A stretch of DNA of 64,000 nt from Methanocaldococcus sp. 16A (GTDB lineage: Archaea > AGJL01 > Methanococci > Methanococcales > Methanocaldococcaceae), in assembly GCA_049860595.1 (NCBI GenBank), contig CP187551.1; one strand, 5' to 3'. The notes below the pieces were generated by a model that was not told the origin of the DNA, did not search any database, and saw nothing but the letters and a program-made list of their open reading frames with translations. Position 1 is the first letter of the stretch. The number at the start of each line of letters is the position of its first letter. A program made the translations under genes and the position numbers. Of the stretch, positions 41,790-52,724 are shown piece after piece.

Positions 41790-42518
41790 TTATCTAAGCT
41801 TTAACACTTTATCTGAATATACAATAATTCCTTCATCAGTTATATCAAATGGATGTCTCTTTAATGAGTGGCTTGTTCCTCTCATCTTCCACACAATTAA
41901 GCTTCTCTTTAACTCTCCATTAATCTCATCTAAATCTAATCTTATAATCCCATCTACTGCATGCTCGACTCCTGGCCCTCCAAATCCTCTCTCTCCAACA
42001 GATATTTGAGATGTAAAGATGGCAGTGCATCCTAAGCCAGAGATAACCCTCTTTAATAAAAATACTGTTCTCCTTGCCATCATTGGCTTGTTTATATATA
42101 ATGTTGTTACTGAATCAATCCCTATTCTTTTAGCTCCAATATCATTTATTGCAGTTTTTAAAACATCTATTAATTCTCTTTCATCATTTGGGTCATTTAC
42201 AACATACTTCTCTCTTTTTGCAGCACTACCAATTCCATAAGTGAAGGCATCAATTATGGCAAATTTTCCTTCTTCTTCTAACTTTTTAACATCCCATCCA
42301 AATTGTTTCATATTCTCTCTAATTTGTACTGGATGTTCTTCTAAAGCTACTAAAACACTAGGTTCATTGTATTCTACAGCCCCTTTGTATAAAAATTGCT
42401 GGCAGAATATAGATTTTCCAGTACCAGGACCTCCAGATAATAGAACAACGTTTCTTTCAGGTATTCCTCCATGTAGTATATCATCCATTCCAGGAATTCC
42501 GGTTTTTACTTTTTTCAA
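41790..42518 (-). CDS. Single-domain KaiC-like ATPase
   Basis: [39 protein letters not shown]. Confidence 0.93.
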   Translation of the reverse strand: MKKVKTGIPGMDDILHGGIPERNVVLLSGGPGTGKSIFCQQFLYKGAVEYNEPSVLVALEEHPVQIRENMKQFGWDVKKLEEEGKFAIIDAFTYGIGSAAKREKYVVNDPNDERELIDVLKTAINDIGAKRIGIDSVTTLYINKPMMARRTVFLLKRVISGLGCTAIFTSQISVGERGFGGPGVEHAVDGIIRLDLDEINGELKRSLIVWKMRGTSHSLKRHPFDITDEGIIVYSDKVLKLR

Positions 42519-42541
42519 GTTATCACCTTTTTTATCCTACT

Positions 42542-42618
42542 TAGGACTTTATCAGTTTATAGTATTATAAGATTTGGTATTTTTAATAAATAAAATATTT
42601 ACTCTTGCGAAAGTCCTA
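42542..42618. mobile_element. MITE-like repeat copy 5
   Basis: TAGGACTTTATCA ... TGCGAAAGTCCTA. Confidence 0.65.
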
Positions 42619-42619
42619 A

Positions 42620-42919
42620 TTAATCTCTCTCACTAAATGACCTCATTTCTAATTTCTTTTCAGGAATATCATCTAAGAATATTAATGAACCTTGTATCTC
42701 TACAGCACAAACTTTTGATGGGTCAATAATGGCAAATGATTTACTATCCATATTCCAAATAATTATTGGGTCTTTTTTTCCTGTCCATAGGTATTTTAAT
42801 ATGCCATTTTTTAAATGAGTAACTGCGTCAAAATCAAACTCGCCTTCTATTGTATTACCTTCGAAATAGACTTTTATATATAGTTTATCTACCTTCCTTC
42901 TTGGCATACTCCCCCACAT
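42620..42919 (-). CDS. Hypothetical protein upstream of KaiC-like gene
   Basis: Intact 99-aa ORF, same strand as KaiC gene. Confidence 0.7.
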   Translation of the reverse strand: MWGSMPRRKVDKLYIKVYFEGNTIEGEFDFDAVTHLKNGILKYLWTGKKDPIIIWNMDSKSFAIIDPSKVCAVEIQGSLIFLDDIPEKKLEMRSFSERD

Positions 42920-43032
42920 ACTTATTTTAATTTTATTCTAACAGAATAATACTTTGTCAATTAGGTATATTTATAAATATCCTCTCCAATTCAATATATC
43001 TAAGACAAAATGCTATTACAATATGTGATAGT

Positions 43033-43935
43033 ATGAAAGCTTATCCTATTAGAACAAAATACATAAAAAGAGGGGAAAATTTTATTCCAATTGTCGTTGA
43101 AGCAATAAAAAATAGTGGAATTAAATTGGAGGATGGTGATTTTGTTGTATTAAGTGAAAAGATGGTTTCAACTGCTGAGGGAAATTTTGTTGATGAAGGC
43201 AAATTTAAACCTGGAGTTTTAGCTTATTTTTGTTACTATTGGTCAAAATATATTTGGGGCTATATTCTTGGAAAGTTGTTGAAAGTTAAAGAAGATAAAA
43301 TAAAAAATTTAAGAAATATACCAAAAGAAGAAACTTTAAGGCATAAACAAACAATTATAGAAACTGTTGGGTTGAGATATGCTTTAAAACCTTATGCTGA
43401 GGGAGGAATAGATTTAACAAACGTTCCCGGAACTTATGCTTGCCCTTTACCAAAAAATCCAAAAAAATGGGCTGAAATACTATATAAAGAGATAAAAAAG
43501 GAATTGGGTGTTGATATAGTTGTTATGGTTGCAGATACTGATGCCACATATAAAGTTTTAAATTTTTATGTTACTGCTCTTCCCTATGCAATAGATGGAA
43601 TAATAAGCGGAATTGGTGTTTTTGGTTTTATTCTTGGGAGATTGGCTGATGTTTTAAAGATTGGTGGGTTTGCTGGATGCACACCATTAGCAATAGCTGG
43701 AAATGAAATTTATAAAAAATATACAATAGGTGAGCTTGTTAGAATAGCTTTTATCTGTGATAGAGTACATAAAACAATAAAAAACATCAATGAAGTTTTA
43801 GAAAAATATAACTCCTATATAATAACTGAAGAAATTTTAGAAAAGTTAGAGCATACACCAGTAGTTGTTGTTAAGATGAATGAGGAGTATTTACCACCCA
43901 AGCAAAGCAAAGATAAATCCAACAACTCCAATTAG
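43033..43935 (+). CDS. CofE-like (F420:gamma-glutamyl ligase fold) protein
   Basis: PIRTKYI, DGD.VVLSEK.VS.AEG, GGIDLTNV, V.VADTD, HTPVVVV. Confidence 0.8.
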   Translation: MKAYPIRTKYIKRGENFIPIVVEAIKNSGIKLEDGDFVVLSEKMVSTAEGNFVDEGKFKPGVLAYFCYYWSKYIWGYILGKLLKVKEDKIKNLRNIPKEETLRHKQTIIETVGLRYALKPYAEGGIDLTNVPGTYACPLPKNPKKWAEILYKEIKKELGVDIVVMVADTDATYKVLNFYVTALPYAIDGIISGIGVFGFILGRLADVLKIGGFAGCTPLAIAGNEIYKKYTIGELVRIAFICDRVHKTIKNINEVLEKYNSYIITEEILEKLEHTPVVVVKMNEEYLPPKQSKDKSNNSN

Positions 43936-44859
43936 TGTTGCTACAAATGAGATAGGATATATTTGTTTAAATAAAAGCACTGGAGAGAAAGTTCTAACAA
44001 ATGTGGCTAATATTGGAAATATTACAGCTATAGCAAAGTTCTCAATGATAGTTATTGGATTATTTATGTCAGGAGCTATTCCTAAATATAGAGTGGCAAA
44101 TAAACTTCCCAAAGCTATTAATAAAAGCTCCTTACTTGCTAAATATAAAGCTCTATACTTAGCCATCAACTCCATTGTAGGTCCTTCAATAACATCCGCC
44201 TTTGTGTGAGTTATTGAGAATGGATATTCTTTAATCATTATAACATAGCCAATGAAATAGCATATAGCTCCAAATATCCCAGCCAATGAGAATAAAAATG
44301 GCTCTCCAACAATATCTTTTAAGAATATACTCTTTTTTTGAACAAATGGAAGGAAAATTGCCAAATAAAATGGAAATGAACCAATTGTTATCATTTTAAA
44401 ACTTCTTATAGCTCCCAACTGCTCCAATGAAAGCTTTAAAGTCCCTAAAAAATTAGTTCCTTTACATTCATCTATGTAAGGCATTCTCCAACCCATAATT
44501 GAAAATGCTAAAGAGCCTAAAATTACATACATCATCTCTTCTAATTTTAGCAAACCTACAATACCAATTACATTAGATAAAATATAAAAAGATGTCATTG
44601 ATGTTATAGCCAATATAGCCCATAAAACAGCTATAGAAAGGAGAGGCAACAAATTATATAATTTTGGTAAGTTTGCATCTGGCGTTTTTGTTTCTTTAAA
44701 TAAAAACTTAAAAAATGCCCAAAATCCTGGGGCTAATATACTCGGCCCTATTCTTTGTTGTATTCTTGCCTCTATCTTTCTCTGAATTCCAGGAATGTAA
44801 GTGGAGATAGCAAAAGCTAATGCCGGAATGCCAATTATTGAAATTATTTTGTCAATCAT
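43891..44859 (-). CDS. ehbO: Energy-converting hydrogenase B membrane subunit (NuoH-like)
   Basis: GIQRKIEARIQQRIGP, PFS...ADVIEGPTME, multiple TM helices. Confidence 0.8.
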   Translation of the reverse strand: MIDKIISIIGIPALAFAISTYIPGIQRKIEARIQQRIGPSILAPGFWAFFKFLFKETKTPDANLPKLYNLLPLLSIAVLWAILAITSMTSFYILSNVIGIVGLLKLEEMMYVILGSLAFSIMGWRMPYIDECKGTNFLGTLKLSLEQLGAIRSFKMITIGSFPFYLAIFLPFVQKKSIFLKDIVGEPFLFSLAGIFGAICYFIGYVIMIKEYPFSITHTKADVIEGPTMELMAKYRALYLASKELLLIALGSLFATLYLGIAPDINNPITIIENFAIAVIFPILATFVRTFSPVLLFKQIYPISFVATLIGVVGFIFALLGW

Positions 44860-44890
44860 AACATATCCCTCAGAAAGATTTTAACGTTAA

Positions 44891-45337
44891 TTATCTACAT
44901 TCAACAACCTTAGGAATTGCTTTAACTATCCCAGCTATAATATCTTCAGGTCTTGGAGCACAGCCAGGCACTTTAACATCAACTGGGATTATATTTTCAA
45001 CAGGTCCAGCTATAAAATCTGAAGTTCCTAAGTCTCCTCCTATATTTTTATAAACTCCTCCCATTAACGCACAAGCCCCTACAGCAACAACAGCTTTTGG
45101 CTCAGGAATCTTTTCATAAATCTTTCTTAAAGATTCAGCAACAACTTTAGTAACACATCCAGTAACAACTAAAATATCCGCCTCTCTTGGATTAAATGTT
45201 AAAAAAACATTGTACTGCTCGGCATCATAAAATGGAGAAAAGATAGCATTAACAACCTCAATATCACATGCATTACATCCACCAGTATAAACAAGCATAA
45301 CATGAATACACTTCTTCCTTGCCATTTTTTTAATCAT
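44891..45337 (-). CDS. ehbM: Energy-converting hydrogenase B small subunit (NuoB-like)
   Basis: [35 protein letters not shown]. Confidence 0.82.
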   Translation of the reverse strand: MIKKMARKKCIHVMLVYTGGCNACDIEVVNAIFSPFYDAEQYNVFLTFNPREADILVVTGCVTKVVAESLRKIYEKIPEPKAVVAVGACALMGGVYKNIGGDLGTSDFIAGPVENIIPVDVKVPGCAPRPEDIIAGIVKAIPKVVECR

Positions 45338-45470
45338 AATGCCACCAATAATCTATCATTATTGTTAATGACAAATTGATATAATTAAAATATAAATAAG
45401 TTATGCTTCTTTAGATTTTATTAAATTTTTTAATATATTTATTAAGATTTTTTATTGGATATACCAAAAC

Positions 45471-46586
45471 TTATTCATTAACTTTTTTCCCAACAGCTAT
45501 GTAGATGTTGTTAGCTCCAATTTTATCTCCAAACTTAGAAAAAATCTCTATATTTTCCTCTTTACATAGATTCTCTACTTTCTTTCTACAAGCATCTCTT
45601 GTTTTCTCTCCAAAAGATATAACAACTATATTTCCGTCTATCTCTTCAAGACCTAAGACAGGTTTTTTTATTTTTTTGTATAACTCATCAAGGTCCTTTA
45701 AGTGGTTGATAATCATTTTAGCATCTTCAATAAATGGAAAATCCTTTAAATTTTTAGTTATAAATGAGATATCTCTATCTCTATCCTGTCCATATTTCTT
45801 TAAATCCACTTTATAATAATTGAGCTTTCCATCTTGATACTCTTTTATAATTGCCTTAGCTGTTCTAATTAAATCAACCTCCCCACCTTTAGTTAAATAC
45901 CCTCTTTTATTACCAATCCTCTTTAGCAACTCTTCATCAACTTTCTCATAATCAACACCAAAATACTCTTTTATTATTGTGTTATCAAAATTGTCTATCC
46001 TATTTAAAATTTTTAGAGCTGGGGGAATGGGATTTTCTACTTTTTCTAATCTCAAAGCTCCACTTATAACCAAATCATCCTCATCTCTCATCTCCAAAAC
46101 TCCTGGGGTGTCCATAAGCTTAATATTTTTTGTTAATTTAACCCATTGCTCTCCTTTAGTTAAACCAGCTACACTTCCAGTCAATGCTTTTCTCTTTCCA
46201 GTTAATGCGTTAATAATGGAAGATTTTCCAACGTTTGGATAACCAACAATCCCTACTTTTCCCTCTTTTTTACCCATCTCTTTTAAAGATTTTTTTATCA
46301 TCTCTCTTAAAATTTTTGTTCCTAATCTTCTTTTAGCAGATACAAACACAGTATTTTCTCCAAAAATTTTTTTCCATCTTTCCAAAATATCTTTTGGTAC
46401 TAAATCAGCTTTATTCAAAACATAAATTAGTTTTTTTCCTTTACCTTTAATTTTTTTCTCTAATTCTTTGTTTCTCGTCATTTCAGGGTCTCTCGCATCT
46501 AAAACTAATAAAATTACATCACATTCATCAATAATCTTATTGACTATCTTTTTAACGGGCACTTTCTTGTATCTCATAACCATCAC
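45471..46586 (-). CDS. Circularly permuted GTPase (RbgA/YlqF family)
   Basis: DARDP, NKAD, then GYPNVGKSS and DTPG (G4-G1-G3 order). Confidence 0.92.
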   Translation of the reverse strand: MMVMRYKKVPVKKIVNKIIDECDVILLVLDARDPEMTRNKELEKKIKGKGKKLIYVLNKADLVPKDILERWKKIFGENTVFVSAKRRLGTKILREMIKKSLKEMGKKEGKVGIVGYPNVGKSSIINALTGKRKALTGSVAGLTKGEQWVKLTKNIKLMDTPGVLEMRDEDDLVISGALRLEKVENPIPPALKILNRIDNFDNTIIKEYFGVDYEKVDEELLKRIGNKRGYLTKGGEVDLIRTAKAIIKEYQDGKLNYYKVDLKKYGQDRDRDISFITKNLKDFPFIEDAKMIINHLKDLDELYKKIKKPVLGLEEIDGNIVVISFGEKTRDACRKKVENLCKEENIEIFSKFGDKIGANNIYIAVGKKVNE

Positions 46587-46753
46587 CTAAAGAATGTTAT
46601 TATGTTATTTTCATTTATATTTTTTATCTATAAATATAACTAAATAAATTTATAAATTTACAAATTATAGAAAAGTATTTATAGAACTTCAAACACATTA
46701 TTATACCGTAAAACAAAAATTTAAAAAATATTAATTGAACAAAAGGTGATATT

Positions 46754-47455
46754 TTGGTTGTAGATGCAAAAGAAGTAGAAATAGTAAATACTTTAGTTTT
46801 TGAAACATTAGGAAATCCAGAAAAAGAAAGAGAATTCAAATTAAAATCATTAAAAAAGTGGGGGTTTGATTTAATATTTGGTAAAATAGATGGAAAGGAA
46901 ACATACTTTACTGTTGAGTTAGATGAAAGAAAAGCTGGGGATAAATTTTCAAAAGATGGAAAAGAGTATGAAGTAATAGAAGTTCTTGAGGAGTTACCAA
47001 AGAATACTGAATTATATGCACACATAGAAATGGAAATGGGTAGAGCGTATATTGTTTGTCAATTGAGAGATGAAGATGGACAAAATCTTGAAGTTTTGAG
47101 AGTTCCAGCCGCTGCTTTATTATTGGCTTTCTTTAAAAAGAATAAATTAGGAAATTTAATCAAAGCTATAAAAAATGTTGGAATTAGCTCAGAACTTTCT
47201 TTACAAAATGGTGTTGGAGGAAAACCACTATCTTATGAAGAACTTCCAAATGTTGCAAGAAGATTTTTAAGAAGTGTAAGAAAGGTTGAAAAAGAGACAG
47301 GTTTTGGAAGGTTGTCATTTGCTTACTATGGTGAAACAAAGGATGGAGAGCCAAGATTTTACTTTACTTGGTTACTTCCAACAATAGCATTATTTGACTT
47401 AGATATTGCTAAAAAAGCTAACGATACAATTGGAATCTTAAAAGTTTCTGAATAA
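46754..47455 (+). CDS. Conserved hypothetical protein
   Basis: 233-aa ORF, GGTGA SD, TTG start; no recognised motif. Confidence 0.75.
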   Translation: MVVDAKEVEIVNTLVFETLGNPEKEREFKLKSLKKWGFDLIFGKIDGKETYFTVELDERKAGDKFSKDGKEYEVIEVLEELPKNTELYAHIEMEMGRAYIVCQLRDEDGQNLEVLRVPAAALLLAFFKKNKLGNLIKAIKNVGISSELSLQNGVGGKPLSYEELPNVARRFLRSVRKVEKETGFGRLSFAYYGETKDGEPRFYFTWLLPTIALFDLDIAKKANDTIGILKVSE

Positions 47456-47485
47456 ATAAATTACAAAATAAAAAATTGAGGTGGA

Positions 47486-47737
47486 ATGATGATTTATGGT
47501 GTTCTGTTAAATATTCCTGAAAAACATGCTACAAAGTATGAAGATTTAATTAGAAGAATTATTGGGGAGGGAATAGCAAGAGGAGATATATTGTCATTTA
47601 CAGAAGCAAGATACAGTGGGGATGTTGCTTTTGTTATGCTTGCAAGGTCAAGAAGAGCAGCTGAAAAAGTTTATCAACAATTAAAAGAACATCCAATCTA
47701 TGTAAAAGTTATTGAGATTGAGGGTAAAGGTGATTAA
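47486..47737 (+). CDS. Small hypothetical protein (probable ferredoxin-like fold)
   Basis: GAGGTG SD, beta-alpha-beta-beta-alpha-beta pattern. Confidence 0.7.
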   Translation: MMIYGVLLNIPEKHATKYEDLIRRIIGEGIARGDILSFTEARYSGDVAFVMLARSRRAAEKVYQQLKEHPIYVKVIEIEGKGD

Positions 47738-49401
47738 ATAAATAAATCTACCAACTCCATATTTTTAACTAAACCTTTATCTGTTATTTTTAGTTCTGGA
47801 ATCACGGGGAGGGAAAAGAAGCTCATACTTAAAAATGGATTCTCAAAAGAACTCCAATTTTCTATTTTTTTATACAAAGCGTTAATCTTATCAAATACGT
47901 ATTTTCCATTATCTCCCATTATTCCTCCAACTGGTAAAGGGAGATATTCAACAACTTCTCCATCTTTAACAGCTATAAATCCTCCACCAATATCTTTTAA
48001 TTTATTTACAGCTAATGCCAAATCTTTTTCATTATTTCCTATGGCAATTACATTATGGGAATCGTGGGCATAGGAAGATGCTAAAACACCTTCCTCCAAA
48101 AAGTTGTATATAAATCCTTTTCCAATGTTTCCAGTGTTTTTATGTCTCTCTATAACAAATATTTTATTTATTGCATTTTCATTCAGCAATATTTTTATTT
48201 CATCAGTGCTAAATATTAGCTCCTCAGTTATTAAAGAATCTTTTAATGGTTTTATTACTCTAACAAATCCATCTCTCTCTTTGTAATCAATTCCTTTAAT
48301 TAAAAAGTCACTTTCGTTTTTATATGAATATCTTAAAGTATTCATGAGTTTTTCAGGAATATTTCTTTTTTTATTTTTATTTAACTCATTTAAGACATCA
48401 TCTAAGAATCTTCCTTTTATAACAATATTACAAACTTTAAAATTATCTAAATCATCAAAAATTACAAAACTTGACTCATTTCCAGCTTTAATTCCTACAT
48501 CAAGCCCAAAATAATTTGCAGGATTGATAGTAACCATTTGTATAGCTTCAATTGGAGAAATATACTTTGTCGCTTTTTTTAAAATATTCAGCATATAACC
48601 ATCTAAATCTCTAACACAAACATCATCACTAACTAACATTATATTTCTAAAATCTTTTATCTTTTTGCATATATTAAGCAAATAAATATTTTTTGATGCA
48701 GTTCCTTCCCGAATCATTAATTTTAATCCTAACCTAAGCTTTTCTAAGGCTTCATCTTCATCAACACTTTCGTGGTCGCTCATTATTCCATGAGATATGT
48801 ATTTGTTTAACTCAAAACCTCTCAATTTTGGACAATGCCCATCTATCAATTTATTGTATTTTTTAGCTACTTCTATCTTTTTTAACATCTCTTCATCTTC
48901 ATTTATCACAGCGGGATAGTTCATAACCTCTCCTAAACCTAAGACATTGTCTAAAAGGATAAGTTCTTCAATATTCTCTGCTGTAATCTCAGCTCCACTT
49001 GTTTCTAAATCTGTGGCAGGAACGCAAGAAGGAAGCATAACATAAACATCTAAAATTTTGGCATCACTCAGCATAAACAAAATTCCTTCTTTTCCAGAGA
49101 CATTGGCTATTTCATGCGGGTCTATAACTACCTTTGTTACTCCACTCTTTAATACAAATTTTTCAAACTCTGATGGAATTAGATGGGACGATTCTATATG
49201 TATATGTCCATCTATAAATGTTGGGGATAAATATTTTCCTTTTAAGTCAATAATTTTAGCATTTTTTATTTTTTCAATTATTTTATCAATTTCATCATTT
49301 AAATCTACAAATAATATTTTATCATCTTCAAATCCAACATTTCCCTCTACGATTTCTCCAGTATATACATCAATAATCTTTGCATTTTTGAAAATAATCA
49401 T
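47734..49401 (-). CDS. ade: Adenine deaminase
   Basis: [40 protein letters not shown]. Confidence 0.95.
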   Translation of the reverse strand: MIIFKNAKIIDVYTGEIVEGNVGFEDDKILFVDLNDEIDKIIEKIKNAKIIDLKGKYLSPTFIDGHIHIESSHLIPSEFEKFVLKSGVTKVVIDPHEIANVSGKEGILFMLSDAKILDVYVMLPSCVPATDLETSGAEITAENIEELILLDNVLGLGEVMNYPAVINEDEEMLKKIEVAKKYNKLIDGHCPKLRGFELNKYISHGIMSDHESVDEDEALEKLRLGLKLMIREGTASKNIYLLNICKKIKDFRNIMLVSDDVCVRDLDGYMLNILKKATKYISPIEAIQMVTINPANYFGLDVGIKAGNESSFVIFDDLDNFKVCNIVIKGRFLDDVLNELNKNKKRNIPEKLMNTLRYSYKNESDFLIKGIDYKERDGFVRVIKPLKDSLITEELIFSTDEIKILLNENAINKIFVIERHKNTGNIGKGFIYNFLEEGVLASSYAHDSHNVIAIGNNEKDLALAVNKLKDIGGGFIAVKDGEVVEYLPLPVGGIMGDNGKYVFDKINALYKKIENWSSFENPFLSMSFFSLPVIPELKITDKGLVKNMELVDLFI

Positions 49402-49523
49402 AGAACTCTTCCCCTTAATTTATTTATTGTCAATCCAATAGGAAAAAACATTATTGAAATATTCCAAATATCTGCTTTATGCTTTAAAGATATGGGCATC
49501 TATAATACTTATCTATACTTAAT

Positions 49524-50180
49524 TTATAAAACCCTCCCTTTAACTTTATTTATGTCAAATTTTGCTGTTTCTGCAATAGCCATAACTGCTAAAACTCCTG
49601 CTTGTAATGGGTCCCCAACAACTAAATCAGCTACTTTTGGAACAGAGCCAAACATCTTTAAACTTATTACTGGAATACCTGTCTTTTCTTTCAACTCTTT
49701 AACTGCTTCAGTTATTTTTCCTCCCATTAGAGAGCCAGCTAAAACTAAAATCCCTACTCTTGGTAAGGTTGCTACAGCTTTAACAGCTTCATATAAATTT
49801 TCTTCACCTACAATTGGGAGAGTATCTACGCTAATCCTCTCCCCTCTTATATTATGCCTATCTGCCTCACTTATAGCCCCTCTTGCAACTTCAGCAACTT
49901 GAGCTCCTCCACCTATAATAATAACTCTCTTACCATAAATCTTTTTTAATGAGCTGTGAATCTCAAAGCTTTTTACATATTCACAGCTTTCCATTCTTCT
50001 TTTTAATTCATTAATATCTTTAATTCCTTCGACTTCCATATAAATAAATCCAATTTTGCCATCATCTTTAATAAATTGTTGAGTATAAGTTATATTTCCT
50101 CCCAATTCAGATAAAATGCCAGTAAGTTTATGCAAAACTCCAACTTTATTCTCAGCCTCTATGCTTATCCCTATCTCCAT
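49524..50180 (-). CDS. ACT-domain protein (methanogen-conserved)
   Basis: N-terminal ACT ENKVGVL..LT, C-terminal GGGAQVAEVA.GAI.EADRHNIRGERISVDT. Confidence 0.85.
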   Translation of the reverse strand: MEIGISIEAENKVGVLHKLTGILSELGGNITYTQQFIKDDGKIGFIYMEVEGIKDINELKRRMESCEYVKSFEIHSSLKKIYGKRVIIIGGGAQVAEVARGAISEADRHNIRGERISVDTLPIVGEENLYEAVKAVATLPRVGILVLAGSLMGGKITEAVKELKEKTGIPVISLKMFGSVPKVADLVVGDPLQAGVLAVMAIAETAKFDINKVKGRVL

Positions 50181-50189
50181 ACTCTCACA

Positions 50190-51473
50190 TTAAATTTTTC
50201 TAATTCTTCTTCTAACAGCTTCAGCATGCCCTAACAATCCTTCAGCTTCAGCTAATGTAATAACAATATCGGCAATATTTTTTAAACTCTCCTTATCTAA
50301 TTTTTGGAATGTTATTTTCTTTAAAAATGTCTCTACATTTAAACCAGAACTCATTCTTGCAAATTGTGATGTTGGCAAAACATGGTTTGTTCCAGAAGCA
50401 TAATCACCAACTGGAACTGGGCTATACTCACCTAAAAACACACTTCCAGCATGTTTAATTTTATTTAAAACTTCTTCTGGATTTTTAGTTAATATCTCCA
50501 AATGCTCTGGGGCATATTTATTTGAGAACTCAATACACTCTTCTAAATCACCAATCAATATGGCGGAGTTTTCCAAAGCTTTTAATATAATCTCTTTTCT
50601 TTCAGCTTTTTCTACCTCTTCAAATATTTTATTTTTAATTTCTTCTGCCTTCTTTTCAGATGTTGTTGTTATTATGCAAGAGGCATTAGGGTCGTGCTCA
50701 GCTTGGGCTATGAAATCTAAAGCAACAAACTCTGCATTAGCAGTTTCATCAGCCATAATTAAAACTTCTGAAGGACCTGCTAAAAAATCAATTGCTACAT
50801 CACCATAAACCATTTTTTTGGCTGTTGTTACATATATATTTCCAGGTCCTACAATAATATCAACTTTTGGAATAGTTTCTGTTCCATAAGCTAAAGCTCC
50901 TATAGCCTGAACTCCTCCAACTTTAAAAATGGCATCAACTCCCACAATGTCTCCAGCTATCAATGTAGCTGGATTTCCCTTCCCTTCTTTTGTTGGTGGG
51001 GAAGTTATATAAATCTCCTTACAACCAGCAACCTTTGCAGGAATTGTTGTCATTAAAACAGTTGAAGGATAAAATGCCCTTCCTCCAGGAACATAGCATC
51101 CAACTTTTTCTATTGCTCTAACAACCTGTCCTAAAATTATTCCGTTATTTTTAACCTCTAAGTCTTTAATTTGCTCCATTTGCTTTTTGTGGAAGAAGTA
51201 AATGTTTTCCTTAGCTTTTTCTATTGCCTCAATAATTTTGTAATCTACTAAATTATATGCCTCTTCTATCTCCTCTTCACTAACTTTAAAATCTTCTATT
51301 TCAACACCATCAAACTTTTTTGTGTAATATTTTAAAGCTTCATCTCCCTTCTTTTTAACATCCTTCAAAATCTCCATTACTGTTGGTAAAATTTCTTCAA
51401 AGTTTGTTTTATTTCTATTAATTATTTTTTCCTCCTCTTCCTTAGATAAATTCCTAATCTTTTTAATTATCAT
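50190..51473 (-). CDS. hisD: Histidinol dehydrogenase
   Basis: YVPGG, VGPGN, AGPSE, QAEHD, APEHL, GDYASGTNHVLPT. Confidence 0.97.
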   Translation of the reverse strand: MIIKKIRNLSKEEEEKIINRNKTNFEEILPTVMEILKDVKKKGDEALKYYTKKFDGVEIEDFKVSEEEIEEAYNLVDYKIIEAIEKAKENIYFFHKKQMEQIKDLEVKNNGIILGQVVRAIEKVGCYVPGGRAFYPSTVLMTTIPAKVAGCKEIYITSPPTKEGKGNPATLIAGDIVGVDAIFKVGGVQAIGALAYGTETIPKVDIIVGPGNIYVTTAKKMVYGDVAIDFLAGPSEVLIMADETANAEFVALDFIAQAEHDPNASCIITTTSEKKAEEIKNKIFEEVEKAERKEIILKALENSAILIGDLEECIEFSNKYAPEHLEILTKNPEEVLNKIKHAGSVFLGEYSPVPVGDYASGTNHVLPTSQFARMSSGLNVETFLKKITFQKLDKESLKNIADIVITLAEAEGLLGHAEAVRRRIRKI

Positions 51474-51509
51474 AATTTATCACCAAAATTTTGACTAACA
51501 AACTTTAAA

Positions 51510-51674
51510 TAGGACTTTTACACTTTATATAATAATAAGGAGAATATAATGCCAAAGGCATCAATAACTGTTCGAATGCAAGAGAACCGATTGAGGCTAT
51601 AGGCTTCAAAGTTATAGATATTTAAAATGCATTCAGACCGTTATACCTTTCAATATTTATTAGCAAAAGTCCTA
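51510..51674. mobile_element. MITE-like repeat copy 6 (longest)
   Basis: TAGGACTTTTACA ... AGCAAAAGTCCTA; internal GCCAAAGGCATC, GAGGCTATAGGCTTCAAA, GCATTCAGACCGTTAT. Confidence 0.65.
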
Positions 51675-51731
51675 TTTATATATAGTTAGTGCTTATAATA
51701 TTTACTATTAAGAAAAATTTAAGGTGAGAAA

Positions 51732-52646
51732 ATGATACTCTTTGAGTGGGGGACATATAACGCTTTATCAACATTAAAACAGGCAGCATTATTAGGGACA
51801 AGAATTACAGAAATTCCACCAGCAGTGTTATCAAGAAGATTACCTTCTGGATACTATGAGAGTTATAAAAAGTTAAGTAATGAGTATTTTACATCTATCT
51901 TGGCTCATGGTCCATATTACAGCTTAACATCAGAGAAAGGGTTAAATGCTCATCTTTCAGCCATAGAAAAAGCTACATTATGTGGGGCTGAAATTTATAA
52001 TTATCATCTTGGTAAAAGAGTAGGGGATGATTTGAACTACCACATAGATGTCTTAAAAAAATTCAGTGAAGTTAATAGTGAGATGATTTACTCTCCAGAG
52101 CCAGCGACAAATATTGGCGAGTTTGGAACATTGGATGAACTTGAAGAGTTAGTAAAAGCAGCTAAAGAGGAAGATATAAAAGTCATTCCTTCTCTGCAGT
52201 TGGAAAACATCTTCTTAAATGAATTAGAGGTTTATGAAAAGGATGATTTAGATGAAGCAGCAGAAAAGGCTGATGTTGATTGGTGGCTAAATATTTTCAA
52301 GAGAATGGATAAAATATCAGATTATATAATGCATTTCAGATTTTCACAGGTTATAGGATTGAAATATGGAAAGAGATTTTATAAGAAAAGAGTTCCGTTA
52401 GGAAAAGGTTATCCTCCAATTGAACCACTAACTGAAGCTTTATCTATATATTTAGTTGAGAACGCAACAAGAGGGGGCTTTAAGAAAGTTCTATTTGTCT
52501 ATACTGGATTGCCAGAGGTTAAGTATAGAGATTTAATTGACTTATACGCAATGATTATGAAGAAATCAGTTGATAAGTTAATGAGCAAAGAGAGTCAAGT
52601 AGAATATGGAGAGTTCTATAAGATTATGAGTTCAGAGGAAGAATAA
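51732..52646 (+). CDS. TIM-barrel protein, endonuclease IV/xylose isomerase-like
   Basis: AHGPYYSL, YNYHLG, PEPAT..GEFGTLDE, HFRFS. Confidence 0.65.
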   Translation: MILFEWGTYNALSTLKQAALLGTRITEIPPAVLSRRLPSGYYESYKKLSNEYFTSILAHGPYYSLTSEKGLNAHLSAIEKATLCGAEIYNYHLGKRVGDDLNYHIDVLKKFSEVNSEMIYSPEPATNIGEFGTLDELEELVKAAKEEDIKVIPSLQLENIFLNELEVYEKDDLDEAAEKADVDWWLNIFKRMDKISDYIMHFRFSQVIGLKYGKRFYKKRVPLGKGYPPIEPLTEALSIYLVENATRGGFKKVLFVYTGLPEVKYRDLIDLYAMIMKKSVDKLMSKESQVEYGEFYKIMSSEEE

Positions 52647-52724
52647 ATTTTATCTATTTTTTATTTTTACACTTTATATTGGTTCTGTCCTTATTTTTTT
52701 AATAAAACAAAAAAGGTAGAGAAT

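Noticed and set aside
41671-42009. 112-aa plus-strand ORF starting in a MITE-like copy
   Set aside because: It is mostly antisense to the KaiC gene and has no transposase motifs.
44891-45337. Selenocysteine recoding in the hydrogenase subunit or other ORFs
   Set aside because: No in-frame TGA interrupts a conserved domain, and no SECIS-like element was recognised.
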